This document shows, piece after piece, positions 62,310-64,000 of a stretch of 64,000 nucleotides of DNA. Made by a program: the position numbers and the translations under genes. Numbering within the stretch: position 1 is the first letter of the stretch; each line of letters begins with the position of its first letter. The stretch is from positions 16,926,001-16,990,000 of the forward strand of contig NW_026262593.1 in the NCBI RefSeq assembly GCF_021869535.1, in the 5' to 3' direction. A model generated the notes under the pieces. It saw only the letters and a program-made list of their open reading frames with translations. It was not told the DNA's origin and did not search any database. The stretch is from Mytilus californianus. Its lineage: Eukaryota.

Positions 62310-63993
62310 ATGGCATCAAATCCTTAATTTTGCAGTATATGTGATCAACGCCATATCACTAAGCCCTCAACTGACTGGTGTTTTGAATGTAGCCAAGCTT
62401 TATGTACCGAATGCAAAGATTTCCATACAATTTCAAAAGCTTCCAAAAATCATTCATCGGTAGCAATATTAAACTACTTAGCTCTTGACTCATCTTTCTC
62501 TCAAATTGAAGGAAATTGCTCTGTGCACGACGACAAATACCAACTATTTTGCCAATCCCATGAATGTTTACTCTGCCTTACGTGTTTAGAGGAACACATA
62601 AAGTGTGAAGGCGTCGTTCGCATCAGTAAGTTAACGGAAGACGTCAAAACGTCCGAAACTTTTATTGAAACTCAAAACAGTCTATCAGATATCATATTGA
62701 ACCTTTCGAAAAAACAAAGTAGTCTTGAGGAGATTTAACGCTATATAACGACACAAAAAGAATCAGTCCTACGACAAATAACCCAACTAAGGGAAAAGAT
62801 CAACAGTCGTTTCGACCAACTTGAAAATGCTCTAAAAATCGAGTTATGTAAATTAGTTGATGATCAGTGCCATACAAATATTGATACGACTTTGGAAGAA
62901 ATACTAAAACAGAAAATGAATATGGAAATATTTCAGCAGAAGATGGAGGACCTTTACAAATACGGATCAGAACTCCAAACGTTCTTTGGTTTGCGAAAGA
63001 TATCAGTAGACATGAACACCACCGATCAGTACTTGCAGACATTGAGAGACGATGGTATCTTAAATAGAGTTGAGGTTTCCTGTAAAATGAAAACGAAAAA
63101 AATTTGTAATTTTATTGAGGAAATAAATAGTTTAGGTTCGATTCAGTTACAGAAACTCCCGAATCAGATTACCTTAAAGAGATCAAAGAACAGACAGGCA
63201 CAGTTGGTAGGTGTGAGAAACAAATCTATCAATGAAATCAAGCTCAAGTTAGAACATACATTCAAATTACCTAGTAGAGTTACTGGATGTTGTTTTATTC
63301 CTGATGGAAAAATTGTTCTTTGCGATCGTTCATGTAAGAACTATGTACGAATATTAAATCCGCATGCAGAATTGATGTTTGAAATTTCCATGTCGCCCAG
63401 TCATGCGTTTGATGTAACATGTATTGATGATAGAACTATAGCTGTATCATCAGACAACAACTACCGTAGGCAAATAAATATCGTAAACATAGATGCAAAA
63501 TCGAGGAGGTCCCTCCTTACTGATGATATATAATATGGAATTCAGACAAAGATGGATCACTAATGGTTTGCGTCGAAGGAAAAGGAATACAAAATGTCAA
63601 TACCCAAAGTGGTAAAGTACTTCGATTGTACCATGAAAATTAGGTATATGGTCTTATATTGTTTCCAGTGACAATAAACTATATTATACGAATAGTGAAC
63701 ACCACAGCATAAAATGTTGTGATATGGAAGGTAATATCATCTGGACATTTAAAGACGAGAATGTTGTGTGGGATCCTCGTGGTATAGCAGTTGACAATAC
63801 GGGAAATGTTTATACTGTTAGTCAACATACACTAATTGTGTTGTCAGCAGACAGAAAACTAAGTAGACAACTTTTGTCAAAAGACGACGGACTTAATGAT
63901 CCACGTGCAATAGCTTATGACAAGATCAGAAATCGTCTTTGCGTTGTAAATTTTCGAAATAATGGATTTTTGTTTGACGTAACATTTTGTTAA
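62310..63993 (+). pseudogene. Pseudogenised tandem paralog of the 47607 TRIM-like gene
   Basis: Collinear with the intact gene from the acceptor/ATG (62310) to the end. Lesions: TAA at codon 6 (62325-62327, AAA in the intact copy), TAA 62736-62738, TAA 63531-63533, 1-bp deletions at about 63543 and 63614, TGA 63634-63636, and early TAA 63991-63993. ORF-track fragments 62523, 62892 and 63724 are pieces of it. Confidence 0.92.
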
Positions 63994-64000
63994 GAGATTG

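Noticed and set aside
62892-63533. 213-aa ORF as a functional truncated protein or stop-codon readthrough gene
   Set aside because: It is flanked by several stops and frameshifts, has no native start, and its upstream exon-like module lost the donor. A pseudogene is the simpler explanation.

Overview
AT-rich eukaryotic (animal) genomic DNA, almost certainly a bivalve and most likely a Mytilus mussel. This is inferred from the repeat families and the gene type, not proven. There are no prokaryotic features, rRNA/tRNA genes or CRISPR arrays. The only intact gene is a RING-less TRIM-like protein (B-box1, B-box2, coiled coil, NHL-type beta-propeller; 47607-49307, +) encoded by one coding exon just after a splice acceptor. 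A tandem paralog about 14.7 kb downstream (62310-63993) is a pseudogene with 5 stops and 2 frameshifts, yet it carries a near-identical 154-bp tract suggesting gene conversion. A putative promoter/non-coding exon 1 module occurs three times (about 39.8, 42.5 and 60.4 kb): one copy is an orphan, and the pseudogene copy has lost the splice donor. The rest is mostly transposon-derived. It includes many Penelope-like (Naiad-type) RT and 3' fragments, a decayed LINE, a non-autonomous CACTA element with a 3-bp TSD confirmed by an empty paralogous site, small MITEs, a tRNA-derived SINE, hammerhead-ribozyme motifs, several abundant interspersed families sharing one core, and six tandem arrays, three of which grew from internal segments of retroelements or interspersed repeats. 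Most ORFs in the supplied track are spurious. Repeat boundaries were read by eye and are approximate unless a TSD is given.
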